This document shows positions 39,010 to 53,432 of a stretch of DNA of 64,000 nucleotides, one piece after another. Origin of the DNA: Octopus sinensis (lineage: Eukaryota); the NCBI RefSeq assembly GCF_006345805.1, contig NC_042997.1, forward strand, positions 106,330,001 through 106,394,000. The letters are read 5' to 3'. The translations under genes were made by a program, and so were the position numbers. Under the pieces are notes generated by a model. That model was not told the origin of the DNA, ran no database searches, and saw only the letters and a program-made list of their open reading frames with translations. Position 1 is the first letter of the stretch. Every line of letters begins with the position of its first letter.

Positions 39010-39235
39010 TTATTTCTTTATTACCCACAAGGGGCTAAACACAGAGGGGACAAACAAGGGCAGACATAGGTATTAAGTCGATTACATCGAACCCAGTGCG
39101 TAACTGGTACTTAATTTATCGACCCCGAAAGGATGAAAGGCAAAGTCGACCTCGGCAGAATTTGAACTTACAACGTAACGCAGACGAAATACCGCTAAGC
39201 ATTTCACCCAGCATGCTAACGTTTCTGCCAGCACC
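39010..39235 (-). mobile_element. Family N SINE, long-tail version, well preserved
   Basis: Reverse complement of 8400-8635 and 23630-23858. Confidence 0.85.
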
Positions 39236-41538
39236 CTCCTTAGTACTGTCTGACACTTCCAGTGAGGCAGGACATGAGCAAAGTCAAACTATTTTCTTTT
39301 TCACTGAATTATTGCTAATTCTGGGTTCATATTTCGCCAGTATTTACTTTGGCTTCTATTCATCAAGAGACAATAAAATATTTATTATTGCTAATGTCTA
39401 AATTATCTAAATGCCTAATTCTTTAAGAAAAGATAACAGAAAAAAATGGTTAGTAGTGTCAACCTTGAAATTAGGAAAATAAGACTAATCTTTGAATATG
39501 GAATGCAGTAGACAATGAGTTTTAACTCTCTCCCTCTGTAGAATAAGGTGTGAGAGTGATCTTTAACAGTTCAGTGTCAACTCCAGGTATGTTTCAGTCT
39601 GAGCTGATCTTATCAGCAAAGTATAGTCCTTAGGGATTTTTTTTTTTTGTTTTTTGTTTCGTTCTCTTTTTGTCTTTGTGAATGAACTCTGAGGGACATA
39701 GTAATAAAAAGAAATATTTATGTAAAAAAGAGGAAAGAAAAAATGGGGATACTTTCAGTATGAAAACTCAATAGTAAAGTGAATACCGGCATATTTGATG
39801 TATTAATTCAATAAATTTTAACTAATTAAAATTACATCTTTAGTGATGAGAATAATGATTATTTCAATAACTTTGGTTAAAAGAGCAAAGGGACACAATT
39901 TCTAAAACTTTTATTTATTATTTCTCCCTGAAGTGAACATGTTTGGAATTGAGAAATTAATTAAAATATAATAATTGTTTCTTCTTAGAAATCATAAATC
40001 TATATTTTGTAGAGAAGATGTATCAACTGAATCAGTTACAGTATCTTATTTTATCAAATTATGAGTGAAATGTGAAGTCAACATCAAAAGGATTTGAGTT
40101 GAGTGTGAAGGGTATTTAATCTGATACTTTACAGTTTCTGTCAGTTTGCCATTCTTAAACAATATGATTATAAGAATTATTAATTTAAACATAGAACTGG
40201 AGAATTAAAATATATTGGAACTTTTCACTTTCAGAATGAAACAAAATCTAGGATGTCTCAGTAACTTTAATGATTCACTTGTTTACTCTGTAGGTGTCTG
40301 TGGCACTTAATGTTGCATTTTAAGTGTTTGAGAATGCAAGCATGCCATGCATGCAGTCTTTGATTAGCCCTGGTATGTTGGCAGTATTCTGACTGTTGTG
40401 TTCATAACTTTGCTCTCAGCTGCTACCCACCTCTCCCTTCATTGTTTTTTTAATGTTTTGTTCATGATAAAATATAACCTCATTTTGTCACCTTGCCCTG
40501 CTTTTGCTTTGCTTTTCAACATTTTTATTTTGTTGATGTTGAGTATCTTCTCTTTAGCTCTCTTGAACAGACTTAAATTATAAAAGCTGATGCAAAAACA
40601 ATGCATTCAGTGTCAATACTTACTTCCCTGCTGTATCACGTCCTCCTTATTGCACAGATCCTATTCTACATATATAAGGAGAGTGTGCTAGAAAATTTGA
40701 TTGTTGTATTAGGTCAAATGATTACATAGAAGCACTTTCGTTGATTTTTTTTTCTATGAATTGTTGCTACTGTGCATTTGAAGGGAAAGAGACTAGGAGA
40801 GAAAATTAGGACCCTAATTCTGATGTAATCTTTGTATGATTAATCACATAGTAATAATATATAACCATTAATTGATAAGTAAATTGTATTTCTGATTTCA
40901 TTTTCTTTTCAACATTATTCCTTTTTTCACAATCCAGAAGCACTTTATCAATGTTAAGTCATTTATGTACATTCCTTAAACAACTGAGATCCTACCCTGT
41001 TGAAAACACCCTACTGTTCTTTATTGCTGCTATAATTTGGCTAGTGTTATTTAGCAACTTATTGCATCACTGTGGTTTGGTTGACCTGACACTCTCAGAA
41101 AGTGATATGTTACTGTTGAAACTAGTATTGCATATATATTTGTGTGTGTGTGAGAAGCTGACCTTGTAACTTTATGGTTCTGGGTGATATGTGACTGTGT
41201 GATACCTTGGGTGAATGCCTGCTACCATATCCTCAGGTTGACAGATGCCTTATGAGTGAAATTAGGTAGACAGAAACTACAGGGAAACCTGTCACATATA
41301 AATATGTGTGTGTGTGTGATAGTTTGTTTCTCTCCAAGTGTCTTGGTTATTGACACTGCATAAGCAAAAATGGTCCGGTGCCTCAGCAGTTTAACATGTG
41401 AAAATATGAAAAACAGTACCTCACATGAAAACAAGTAAGGACTTGTTGCCAAGAGAAGAGTCAAGCACTAGAATGCTGCATAAAGAAAACTCATCCAAAC
41501 CATGCAATCATAGAAAAAGTTGATGTACAAACAGTGAT

Positions 41539-41581
<43 letters not shown>

Positions 41582-41583
<2 letters not shown>

Positions 41584-42134
41584 CAGGTGTAATAGCAGCC
41601 GGTAAGTTTACAGCACTATGTAAACTTCACTGAATATTTACAGTCAACAATGTGTGTGGGTTTTGAATATAGGAAAATATTGTCTTACCTCTATGGAGAC
41701 AGAAGAATAAAGGATAACACAATACTGCAGTTTCAAACTCTCCAGGTCATGTGTGTGAGCACAAATCTGATTGGTTATTGTCATTTGAGTCTACTGTGGA
41801 AGACTAAATTTTAAAATATCCACTACATCTCTGATCTTGGTTCTGGTTATGACTGGCGCTATCAGCCAACTAAGCAGTGTAGTAGGTATTTTAAAAATTG
41901 GTCATCCATGGTAACCAATCAGATTCGTGCTCACGCATGTGATCTGAAGAGCTTAAAACCGCAGTATTGAGTTATCCTTTATTCCTCTAACGATTTCTCC
42001 ATAGAGGTAAGAATTTTCCTATATTCACCACCTGCACACATCTCTGCCTGTAAATATCCAGTGAAGCTCTACATAGCGCTGTAAACTTACTGGTTACTAT
42101 TTCTAGCAATGATCATACTTCTTGCACACCTGCT
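41582..42134. mobile_element. 553-bp foldback/MITE-like element, imperfect palindrome along its whole length, in (TA)n
   Basis: AGCAGGTGT / ACACCTGCT termini; multiple internal inverted blocks (TCTTACCTCTATGGAGA / TCTCCATAGAGGTAAGA; GAGCACAAATCTGATTGGTTA / TAACCAATCAGATTCGTGCTC). Confidence 0.85.
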
Positions 42135-42202
42135 ATATATATTTATAATTCTACCTATATGGTGCTTTGTTCTTGCTGGATATTAATGTTATTTTAATAA
42201 TA

Positions 42203-42402
42203 CCGCCTGACTGGCCCTCGTGCCGGTGGCACGTAAAAAGCACCCACTACACTCTCGGAGTGGTTGGCATTAGGAAGGGCATCCAGCTGTAGAACTCTGC
42301 CAAATCAAGATTGGAGCCTGGTGCAGCCATCTGGTTCGCCAGCCCTCAGTCAAAATCATCCAACCCATGCTAGCATGGAAAGCAAACGTTAAACGATGAT
42401 GA

Positions 42403-42408
<6 letters not shown>
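42203..42408 (+). mobile_element. SINE family R, young copy
   Basis: Near-identical to 52860-53068; (GAT)n tail. Confidence 0.85.
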
Positions 42409-42440
<32 letters not shown>

Positions 42441-42445
42441 CATAT

Positions 42446-42483
<38 letters not shown>

Positions 42484-42659
42484 TATATATATATATATAT
42501 ATATATGTTTATATATATATATAATATATATATATATAAACATATATATATATATATATATAAACATATAATATATATATATATAAACATATAAACATAT
42601 ATATATATATTATATATATATAAACATATAAACATATATATATATATATATATATAAAC

Positions 42660-42700
<41 letters not shown>

Positions 42701-43513
42701 ATATAAACATATATATATATATATATATAAACATAAACATGTGTGCCTGTTAATGTATGGTTGAAGTTTAACTTATGACCACTGGTTAATGAAGCACTGA
42801 TCACTGCTACTGCTTACAGTACTTTTCTGTAAAACATATTTTCAAGGTAGATGGATTAAACCTTTGATATTTAGGTGTTTCCGCCATGGATTTATTGAAG
42901 CTATGCTGAAACATTAATGGCCACTAACCCTAACCTTTGTACTCTTGTAGTTCATAACTATCAGTTCTACCAGATGCATCAGATGTACATTTGGATCTGT
43001 GTGAATGTACATATACATGTGTGTGTAGATATGATTATGGGGTTAAGAACCAAGTGCTTTTATGTTTGGTCCCGCTGTGTAGTAGCTTAGGTATGTGTCA
43101 TCTATAATAGGACCAACCAGTGCCTTGTAAATGAATTTGGTAGCTGGAAACTATAGGTGACCCAGTGTGTGTGTGTGTGAATGTGCTTGAATGTTGGTAT
43201 TTTATAATTTTCAATGTTTTAGTGAAATGGTGATATTTACATGCCTTGTTGACATTATGGCCAGTCACTCTACACTTTTAAGAGATTTGTGAAATAAGAA
43301 AGAACCTTTACTTGGAAAAACAGGTATTGGTTTCTTGACAAGAAGGTTATCTGGCTATAAAACTGTGCTTTGAATAAGTACTCACCCATCCTATGCTATC
43401 ACTGTAATAAAACAGATGGTATATTCACACACATGCATCAATATATGTGTGCATGTGTTAATGAAGGTGATTATGCAAATCTTGTTCGTCTGTCATTCAT
43501 TTAGTTATATATA

Positions 43514-44246
43514 CAGGGTGCGATGGGTAAATTGTCACCATTTTATATTTTTAATTTTGTGCATGCGCATTATTTTTTTCGGATTTTGTTGACTACCTGG
43601 TATAGTAGGGTCAGTTGGGCACCATCTGTAAGAAAACCAGCACCATGACACCAATTCACTCTGTCAGAAATTTGGAAACGATACACTGTACTGCTTGGCA
43701 TTCGTGCCAGAAGCTCCAGTATGAACATTTCAGAGTGTTCGGATGTCAGTCTAAAGACATGTACCTAGAGTGATAAAAATCAAAACATCCAGTCATCATC
43801 ATGGTGTTTGGAGTGAGCACTAGTGATGGTAACATTATGCCTCCATTCATCTTCCCACACTGCCTCAGACTCAACACAGAGGCCTACATCAAGTGCCTAG
43901 AGGAGTTAGTGTTGCCCTGGGTCAAGAGGGTGGTTGCTGGAAGACCTTATGTCTAGCAACAGGACTCTGCACCATGTCACACAAGCAGGAGAACCCAGTC
44001 ATGTCAGGCAATTTCTGTGACCACATCACCCCTAACATCTGGCCATCTAACTCCCCAGACTGCAACCCCCTTGATTATTATGTGTGGAGCACAGTTGAAT
44101 GAGAGACCAACAAAACTCCTTGTAACACCAAAGATGAACTGAAGGTAAGGATTATGGCAGAATTCACCAACTTAAACAAGGAGACTGACCAGAAGAGTTG
44201 CAGGAGATTATGAAGTCATTTGGAGGCCGTGTTTGAAGCCAATGGA

Positions 44247-44250
<4 letters not shown>
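43514..44250 (+). mobile_element. Tc1/mariner-superfamily transposon remnant (DD37D/maT-like), internally deleted
   Basis: TA|CAGGGTG start; translation KHPVIIMVFGV...QQDSAPCHTSRRTQS...WPSNSPDCNPLDYYVWSTVE with stops. D-to-D spacing is 37 if a 4-nt deletion is restored (inference). Confidence 0.85.
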
Positions 44251-44278
<28 letters not shown>

Positions 44279-45454
44279 CTAGAGAGAGAGAGAGAGATTA
44301 ATATAGATGTAAATAAATGTGTATATATGAAAATAGATAGAAAGATAGACAGACAGACAGACAGACAGACACATATATTTATCTGTGTGTTACTATTTGT
44401 TTCATGTGCTGAAAGCATGTCAGTGTTTTTTAACACATTTTATAGCCAGATGCCCTTCATGTTGTCATGGAAATACTCAGTAAAAGTGTAATGTTAATAT
44501 ATCGTGTGTACATGTGTATGTTTGTGATGGATTGTGCATTGATTTTGACTTGCAGCATCTTAGCTTGACCAACAGAAATACCTACTCATTGTGTTATAAG
44601 TGGATGAATATTTCATAAACTATCCTCTTCTTAACATAATGCTCAAATAGAATCAGCAGTGACACTGTGTGACAAGGCTAGCACTTTGATTGAAAGGTAC
44701 AGCTCATGTGGTGAGCTTTCATGTAGTTTGGTGTTTCTATGGAAATTAAAGGAAGCAAATCTCCCTAGTTTTGCCTGTAAGGATTGTAAAGAGCCAAACT
44801 GATTAATAAAATTAAGATAGTTTTTAGATATGGTGGGAATTGAAGTTGAGGTCACTGGATGATACTTCAACTTCAATTACCACCATCCATACAGTGTAAA
44901 GTGAGGGATTGCTCAGTGCCTAAAGCCTCAAGCAAAGAATATAAGTAGCGATTGTGATACACACCACGAAGAAATGATCAAGCTCAATAACAATCTATTA
45001 AGCAACATCTACCTCAAAAACATACTATCCACTCCAATTCAGCTGAAAATTTTTGTTTTGCAGTGATACTGTCATAATTAGCTTCAGATATTTCCACTGT
45101 TGATCAAAGACATTCTATCTGTGACCATCATGTCTAAGGACTACATTTTCCAATGTATCCTGCTCTAAAAGAGTAGGGTATGAATTGAGGGTGATTTTAC
45201 CACGAGTTCTTGCAGGATGAGCAACCACATTGAAGCTCTGTTTTTCGTTTTTGACATTTCTAATTGTTCACAGAGCAACATTATGGAGGAACATTTTCAG
45301 TTTCTTCCTCACTACCTCTCTGCTATTCTAACAATATAATGTTAGTTTGCATGTTTTAGCTCATCTATATTAAATCAATCACTTTTACTTCAGTAACATA
45401 TCTCTCATACACACCACATGCACATATATAAATATATATATGTTTGTGTGTGTG

Positions 45455-45490
<36 letters not shown>

Positions 45491-45543
45491 GTATGTGTGC
45501 ATGTTTCTCTGTCCTTATCTATCTGCCTATCTCTATACATCTA

Positions 45544-45580
<37 letters not shown>

Positions 45581-45877
45581 ATTGTTTGATATATTTCGCC
45601 TGTTTATCATATTAATTTTTCTGTATTCTTAATTCCCTTCCTTCCTTGTATTATCTGTTAATCTATGAGGGTAGTTCCTGCCAAGATTGAGATTGACTTT
45701 TCCTGTTATCCTTCTTAGATGGAAAAAAATTAGAATGAAGCAGGTACTGGAGATCAGTATATTTGACTGTATACCCTTGTTTTAAAAAAATGTGTAACTT
45801 TGTATCTAAGTTATAAGTCAATATTGTCAGCTAATTAATCTAATATTTTTTCCTTTCTATTCTTTTTCTCTTTGTAG

Positions 45878-45910
45878 AACTTTTACAAACTCGATCGGTG
45901 AAGACATTTG
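45878..45910 (+). CDS. SOWAH: SOWAH-family small exon: (Q)LLQTRSVKTF
   Basis: Very strong pyrimidine tract + TAG acceptor, perfect GTGAGT donor at 45911. 33 nt, phase 1-1, open and in frame between the 10792 and 47777 exons. Confidence 0.8.
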
Positions 45911-47776
45911 GTGAGTAAAATTCCAACTATCACAATATTTTGAATGTAAAAAGAATGATAATTATGATGTTGATGAAAAAGATGCCATCTACTAATACTG
46001 TTATAAGTACCAGTCAAGAATTTGGGCGGTAGGGGTCTATAAAATTTACTGCACTGCTCCCCTACCTCCAAATATATGGCCTTGTGCTAATGTTTAAAAG
46101 CAGACTTTACCTATCATCATTGTAGTGTTACTAATGTAAACTAGCTATCAGATACTATGGACCCCTCTCTACAGTGTGTGTGGGCCTTGTGCTATTATGA
46201 GAAAACTTTATCATTGAAAGTTGTGGAATAAAAGAGTGGAAGTTATATGGCCAGTTTTCGGCTAAATGCTTTGCTTTTTTCTTCAATCCTTTGATACTTT
46301 GACTTTCAACCCCACCATGGTTGATCTTGTCTTTCTTCTTTAATCCAGGATTAATAAAATATGTACAAACTATCTACATCCTCTAAATAGGATGGGGTTT
46401 CTACCAATTTTGACAAATGAACATTCAGTTGTTCAACCAACTGAATGATTTTCTCAGTGAATTAATGTGACTGAGTATTCCACAGCCATATGTATCCGTA
46501 ATGTAATTTTCAGGTCAAATCAGCATTGTCTCTGTATGATTAGGCTGAGCTCTTGAATTACCAATACAATTCATTTGACAGGCTTCCATACAGTTTCTGT
46601 CTTCTCAGTTTCATCCACAAGGTTTAGATCAATCCAAGAATGCATTAACTGAAGATTCTGTGGTAGTCAGACCAAATCTATGACCTCCTGGTTGTAAAGC
46701 AAACTTCTTAAACATTCAGCTATGTCTGTGTCCATCCATCCTTCCTTAACAATTTTGGGAATCATTATCTTCCTCATCGTTATTACAGATGGATGGCCAG
46801 ATCTATAGAGTGGTTTTGCTGAAATCACTTTGCTCTCACCTTTGAATTTCTTCCTACTTAGATCAGTAAAATAAGCAGTAAAATAGGCAGTGCTCCAGCA
46901 TGGCTGCAATCAAATGACTGAAACAAATAAAAGAATAAAACAATGGTGAAAGTTTAATTAACTTCAGCAACTCCCACCACTCATATTTTTATGTTTTAAT
47001 GTCTGTTAGTATTCATAATTATTGTTATACAAATTTAAGATTTTCATTAACGTCATTTCAAAGTTTGCCAATATGATTTAAAATGAGAATAAATGGTATC
47101 TGCACTTCTAAGCCTCTATACTGTAGCCTCCTATAAACCTACTTGTCAATATATTCAGTTGAAATAATTAAATAAGAGCTCTTAACTCCTCATTAATAGA
47201 ATGTCCATCTACTACATGGACATAAATATCAATTCCATTTTAGAATTCTGAAAATAGATTGGGTTACTCTAAGTTGTTGTGTAAGAAAATATACCCAGTC
47301 AGAGTACGAAACAGCTTCCATTGATTACAGAGTGCTATTTAGTGTTGACAATACTGAGATACATCAAAAACTGGTGCTTATTTAAGAGTTAAATGAACCT
47401 AATTTGTAATGGTTGTCTTCAGCAAAGACATAGTGACTTGATATGGAGTTTTGGGTGGTGTTATCAATATTACCAGCTATGCTCTTATCATGGATAGCAT
47501 TTCCTGGAAGATCTGGTAAATATTCTCCATAGCTAGTTGAACTAACTCAAACAGGATAAATGAAACATCTTAACCACTAAAATATCAGACAAGCTACATA
47601 TGGCTCCGTGAGCCATAAGTTGCTTGCCTGATATTCTATAGACTTGACCATTTCATGTCTTCATTATAAATAGACTTTTGCTAATCAGCTACATTCTCAA
47701 TAGTCACTCTTTCTCTATATTTTTGGTAACTTTTGCTTTCTCATTTTCCTTTTTCTTTCTCATTTCTCCTTTCCAG

Positions 47777-48000
47777 ATGAAAACTTTGAACGAACTGAAG
47801 CCATACGCAAAAGTAAACGAGTTGCTGTTGTAGGCAGCTTGATCAACTCTTCAAACAGTATGAAAGCTCAACCAATTATGAGATCAAGTTGGGGAGGTTC
47901 CTGTGAGGATCTTTACCTTCTTAGTGGCAACCTATCATCTCATTCCACAAGTCCAAGCAGCAGCCAAGAAGGTTCTCCAACCTCAGGCAGAAAAAATCTG
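47777..48000 (+). CDS. SOWAH: SOWAH-family exon, Ser-rich region: (D)ENFERTEAIRKSKRVAVVGSLINSS...GSPTSGRKNL
   Basis: Pyrimidine tract + CAG acceptor, GTATGC donor at 48001. 224 nt open, phase 1 in and phase 0 out. Overlaps ORF 47839-48162 in the same frame. Confidence 0.85.
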
Positions 48001-48379
48001 GTATGCTTTCAAGATTTTGTATTTCTCACTTTTGTTGTTATAGCAGTGATTATATTCCCTTGTCATCACAGCATTATCTCAGTTATAACTACATTACATG
48101 ACACATTTTTCACCATAAGCATGTCCATACCACCTACCTATGACTTTATCAATTACTTATGACATCTTTGCATTATGTCCACTAGCATAGTAGTGATACA
48201 ATTGATTGAAACACTGCCACATTTTTGAATATTTAAACAAAATATGTAAGAGGATTTCAGTTAGGCAGTGAATGATTATAAAACTCTTGTTAATCTTATA
48301 GTGCTCTTGATGCTCATAGTCATGAAATGTACCTATGTTATTAGTCAAGTGAACTTAACCAGCACAAATTGAGTTGTCC

Positions 48380-49250
48380 ATGGCCAAAGCATGATACTAG
48401 TTGTCCTTTACATCAACAACCTACTTAATGTTAACTACTAGAGACACTAAGCAGATTATATAACCTTTTATTCCCTCTTAATCTTCTGCACTCAGGTGTC
48501 ACTCCCATAGAACCTAGACATCTTATGCCAACTTTGAATCCATGAAAAAATTAAAAACATTCTCCTCTAGATTCATGCCAATTTTCACTCCATTCAAGAG
48601 CACAAGAATACTATCACTACTCATATTAAGAAAACACTTGTCCTCTTAAAAAAGCATGCACTTAAGACCATCACAGAGACTTCAAATGCTAGGACACTCT
48701 CTATCCATGCTGATCTCTGTTAGTTAGTGCACATACATAATATAGCAAAAACTGTCACAAAGACCAGCCTTCTTCAGAACCAGAAAATGTTTCAATCTCA
48801 ATCAACAGCTGATCATCTATAAAACTCAAAGGAAACTCACAATGGAGTCCTGTTCCAACATCTTTGGCAGTAGTACTGCTTCTGATGCAGACTTCTTGAA
48901 TTATCTCTAAAGAAAGGTTACTCAACTGGTTGGCTTTAAGCCACTCTCAGACACACTCCAACTTCTGTCTTGCTGCCATGCTGTGTCTTTTCTGTGTTTT
49001 TTTCTATTGCTGCTCTATCAACCTCTGCATTTCAGAGCTGGTTAATCTCATGCCACTTCCATTTAAGCATTCCCAATTTATTTGTTTTTCCTCCTCTCAT
49101 GATCCATATTGTTACTTCACTCAGTCCCTGCAAGAACTACAATTTTCCCTAATTTTTTTCTTACCTAAGTGTCAACTCTCTAGAATTCCCTGTATTAAAG
49201 AGCATGCAAAGATCATGACTACAATCCATTCTTCCAGATCAATCCAGTAA
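48380..49250 (+). mobile_element. Degenerate Jockey/CR1-group LINE, RT C-terminal region
   Basis: FRTRKCFNLNQQLIIYKTQRKLTMESCSNIFG and SDTLQLLSCCHAVSFL segments resemble the LYKAQIRP.LEYCSHIW...LQSL.HRR.V pattern. Confidence 0.55.
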
Positions 49251-52024
49251 ATAAATGAACAAATAAAGAAACATGAATCATATTTTGAATTAATTGTTAA
49301 AATTCATATGTCAGTAACCCTTCCCCAGCTAATGCATCTTGAGTTTCTATCTGTTTAGCAAGATATTTAACTATTCCTTCTTCAAAAAACTTGCATCAGA
49401 TTTGGTAATGTTAGAGGGTCAAGTCTTCAGCATACATTGAATTAATTGGAAGCTGATGTGCTATATTTCAGGATAAATGTCTGACTATGCTCTCTGAATT
49501 TCTTTTGTCAGTTAAGTTAGCAAAGATTGTCTTCTGCTAGATTGTAAAATGACCATAGAATCTTCTTAGAGATTTACTGGAGAGTAGAGAAATTAAAAGA
49601 AAACAAAGAAAATTCCTAATTTGCAAAGACTATACTTATTGGCAATGTTATCATCATCATCAATTCCCATATCATTTCAGTGTCATACATTTTCTTGTTA
49701 AAATGTTTCGACCCTCTTTTCTTTTGTAGTGTATGTATAAATTTCTATTCAACTATAATGCCACCACAATGGTAAAGTATATGCATGCTCTGTGGTTGTT
49801 TAATATATGTGAAAATATTTCTTCTCTCTGTTCCATAGAGAATTAGTCTGTTTATGTTTTTCTGAACATAATAAAAATTCTGTGCTTTGTATTTTGGTTT
49901 CATTTTGCCAAATCCCAATTTTTTTTCTTTGTCACTATCATTATATTATTTTAACTTTTGACACACACCCATTGTTTATTTATTTCACTTTTCCTCTATT
50001 TGCACAAAGTTTCTTCACAAACATATATAGTTCATTTAAGCATTTTTGTTGTTCATTTCTTATTTGCACAGAGGGAAATTTTAACAAACACCTGAGAAAT
50101 TCTCAACCTTTTGGTTTATTATATCAAACAGATAGAGAGCTAAATACAAACCTCATGGTATCTTAGCTATAAAAGCAAAGTAAAGCAATCCCTCCTTCAC
50201 TATCAACTTTTAATAATGTCTAATGGTTGGTATTTAAGAATAATGACTCAAGTCTTTCCATTACTTTTAATCTATCCCGTGATAAAAAGACATCTTAATT
50301 TACTTTCTCTATCTGTTCTTTTAACTATAAAATGTTTGGTTTGCTTCAATGTTCATCTTAGCATTTTTTTTTTACATAATCTGGAATTATTGTTATTCAG
50401 CATGTAATGTTTTGGATTTATTTTTTACTTAATTCATATATCTGTCCGTTGACACTTTAAGAATGCTTGATGAATTTATATTCAAATTTTGTCAGTTTTC
50501 TGTTGGTTTAATGTATATTTATTCACTTATTTTTCCATTCTAATATTATGTTTGTTTCACAACTCTTTCATTAGACAAAATAGTCTTATCTGATATACTA
50601 TCTGACATTTACTATTTTGCCTTTTTTAATGTATTATTAATGGTTTTAATTACTATGTACTACACTTTACATGATAAAAGCACACAGTACACTCTATGGA
50701 GCAGTTGGCATTAGGAAGGGCATCCAGCTGTGGAAACCATACCAGAACAGATAATGGAACCTGGTGTAGTCCCTGGCCTTACCATCTCCAGTGAAGCCAT
50801 CCAACCCATACCAGCATGGAAAACAGACATTAAATGATGATGATGATGATACACACACACACACACACACAAATATATTTACATAGAGCATAATTTATAC
50901 AAAATACTAAAGAGAATAGATAATTTTTTAACTCAATAGCTGTTTCCGGAAGCTTATCCATAATTTGCAGATGGAATATGCAAGAAGACTTGGATATGCA
51001 ACAGTCACATGGAGGTAATACAAATTAAGTCGGGCACCCCTTGTCAAGAGAAAAGTTGGAAAAAGCAGTTCATATAATTGTGCCAGAGATTTAAAGGTTG
51101 AAGGAAGTGGAGGAGAAAAATAAAACCAAAAGCTAGGGTGAGGTAGGAGAATATATGTGATCTTGGAAAGAGTAACAGAGGTAGAGAAGAAGAAATGAAA
51201 GACAAGGAGAGGGTGGAGGATTTCCATGATATTGGAGGAATGAACAGAGGCTGACTAAATGAAACAGAGAGAGGTGAGAGGATAAAGTTAAAGTCAGTGT
51301 GGTGAAAAGGAATACCTCTGGTGGTCATGGAAATCTCACTAAGCAGACAAATCTATTTAGAGATGGTAACATACTATACAACATAAGAAGAGATAAGCAA
51401 TGAACAATATAAATATGGGTTGGGTTGTGGGAGAGGGAGATATGCTGAGATAGAAAGAGTAGAGAAAGAAAATGCTGCTAGCATAGCTAAGTAGTATGTA
51501 AGCTTGGCCACAATTAGAAAAAGAATCTTAAAAACTTTACATAATGGGAAAATGTGGAATAAAATTTGTGCATACACGAGAAGATTGTTTGAGAACCTAT
51601 TGAGCAATAAAAAATTTTGATGTAGCAAGCGATTCCCTTCAATGCAACTTAGAAACATGATGGTTAGTGTTATATGGAAAACCCCCACAAACTGTCGACC
51701 AGGATAAGGTATAGGGAATATTCTGGGACTTGAGATGGAGTATGTAGCTAAGGAGTTAGAGAGTTTAGAGGCTCCACATGAGAATGAATTCAGGTGAGCC
51801 TGTAGGGGTGCTCGAAATCAAGTGTTGCCAGTGTAGACCCTAGACTGGTGGGAACACACTGGCATTTATATACATTATAGCTTCCTAAAAAGTTCTTTTT
51901 AATATCTGATAAGATGGATACATCGGAACCAGTTATATTTTAAATCACTCACTGTAACAAAAATATTAAACATTCGTTAAAATATACTTTTGTGCATTTT
52001 CCAACTTTATTTATTTTTTAACCC

Positions 52025-52058
<34 letters not shown>

Positions 52059-52659
52059 ACACACACACACACACACACATAAAAAATGGTCTACAATTTA
52101 TCATGAGTTTCAGTTTACTACTTTACTACTATTTTATGTATATGAGAGAGAGAGAGTGTTCTAGATGTTTGGAGGTGATTTTTCTGTTTCATAGCAGACT
52201 TTCTGAGTGTTTGAGTTTGAAGTTTGCAATGGCAACGAGTTGTGTCCTTTGCATGTCCAAGTGATCCTTTATTTTTAGTGTTTTTGTTTTATTGCATAGA
52301 GAGTCTATGATGTGTTTGTATGCAATGTGTGATGATAAGTAGTACATTTTTGTGTGTGTGTGTGTTTTCTATTTTGTTGTAGTTTGTTATGAAGGAATTC
52401 CATAACAGGAATTCCTGACATTATCTGCAATGAAGCCAATGTATTTTTCATGCACTTCTCTTGTTCCTCCTTTGTGATAACCTTACCCAACACCTGTGAA
52501 TGCTTTCAGTGTCTTTTGTTTTCTTTACAATACACATTCTGTATGTACTGTGACTGTTATGAAGGGTGAGACATGTTTTCACACATGATTGCAAACAACT
52601 ATTACTGCATGTACATCTGTGAAGTTTGTTTACAATTAATGTATGATGTCAAGATGATG

Positions 52660-52692
<33 letters not shown>

Positions 52693-52844
52693 GGGCTTTT
52701 CAGTTTCTGTCCAATTAACTCTTTCACAAGACTTTAGGTGAACCTAGACTGAAGTAAAAGACACTTGCTTTGAGGTGCTGTCAGCAAGACTAAATAGGTA
52801 AATTAATTTGTCGCTTCACTGGCACATGTAAAGGGATTCGAGCG

Positions 52845-53068
52845 AGGTCATTGCCAGTACCACCTGACTGGCCCCCGTGCCAGTGGCACGTAAAAAGCAC
52901 CCACTACACTCTCGGAGTGGTTTGCATTAGGAAGGGCATCCAGCTGTAGAAACTCTACCAGATCAAGATTGGAGCCTGGTGCAGCCATCTGGTTCGCCAG
53001 CCCTCAGTCAAAATCGTCCAACCCATGCTAGCATGGAAAGCAAACATTAAACGATGATGATGATGATA
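52845..53068 (+). mobile_element. SINE family R, young copy
   Basis: Near-identical to 42203-42408. Confidence 0.85.
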
Positions 53069-53432
53069 ACATGGTTGTGATGTGTAAATGTTCACCACAC
53101 AGCCATGATTGCATCATATATAACACTCTCACTGTATGAACCAGACTATGGAATGTTTTTATGTACTGCTAGTCACAATGCATTTTCTTTCATTGGTTTC
53201 ACTTTCAAATGATACTGAAAGTACTAGAGTAAATCTGCATTGCAAAATTACTTATTTACTGTTAAGTGTGCTAGAGCAATGTGAAATGAAATGTTTTGCT
53301 CAAGAACACAGTGCACCACCTGTCTGGGAATTGAAACCACAAACTTGGAATCTTGAGTACAATACCCCAAGCTCTTGGCCACACACTTTAATATATATAT
53401 ATATATATAAACAAAATTGAACACACATGCGC

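Noticed and set aside
40294-40372. AG...GTATGT-bounded pseudo-exon with TGCATG (RBFOX-type) motifs
   Set aside because: Stops in all three frames and no other support; at most a non-coding or poison exon.
42951-42966. Telomere-like CTAACCCTAACC (also TTAGGGTCAGGG at about 25846)
   Set aside because: Only two units; common inside dispersed repeats.
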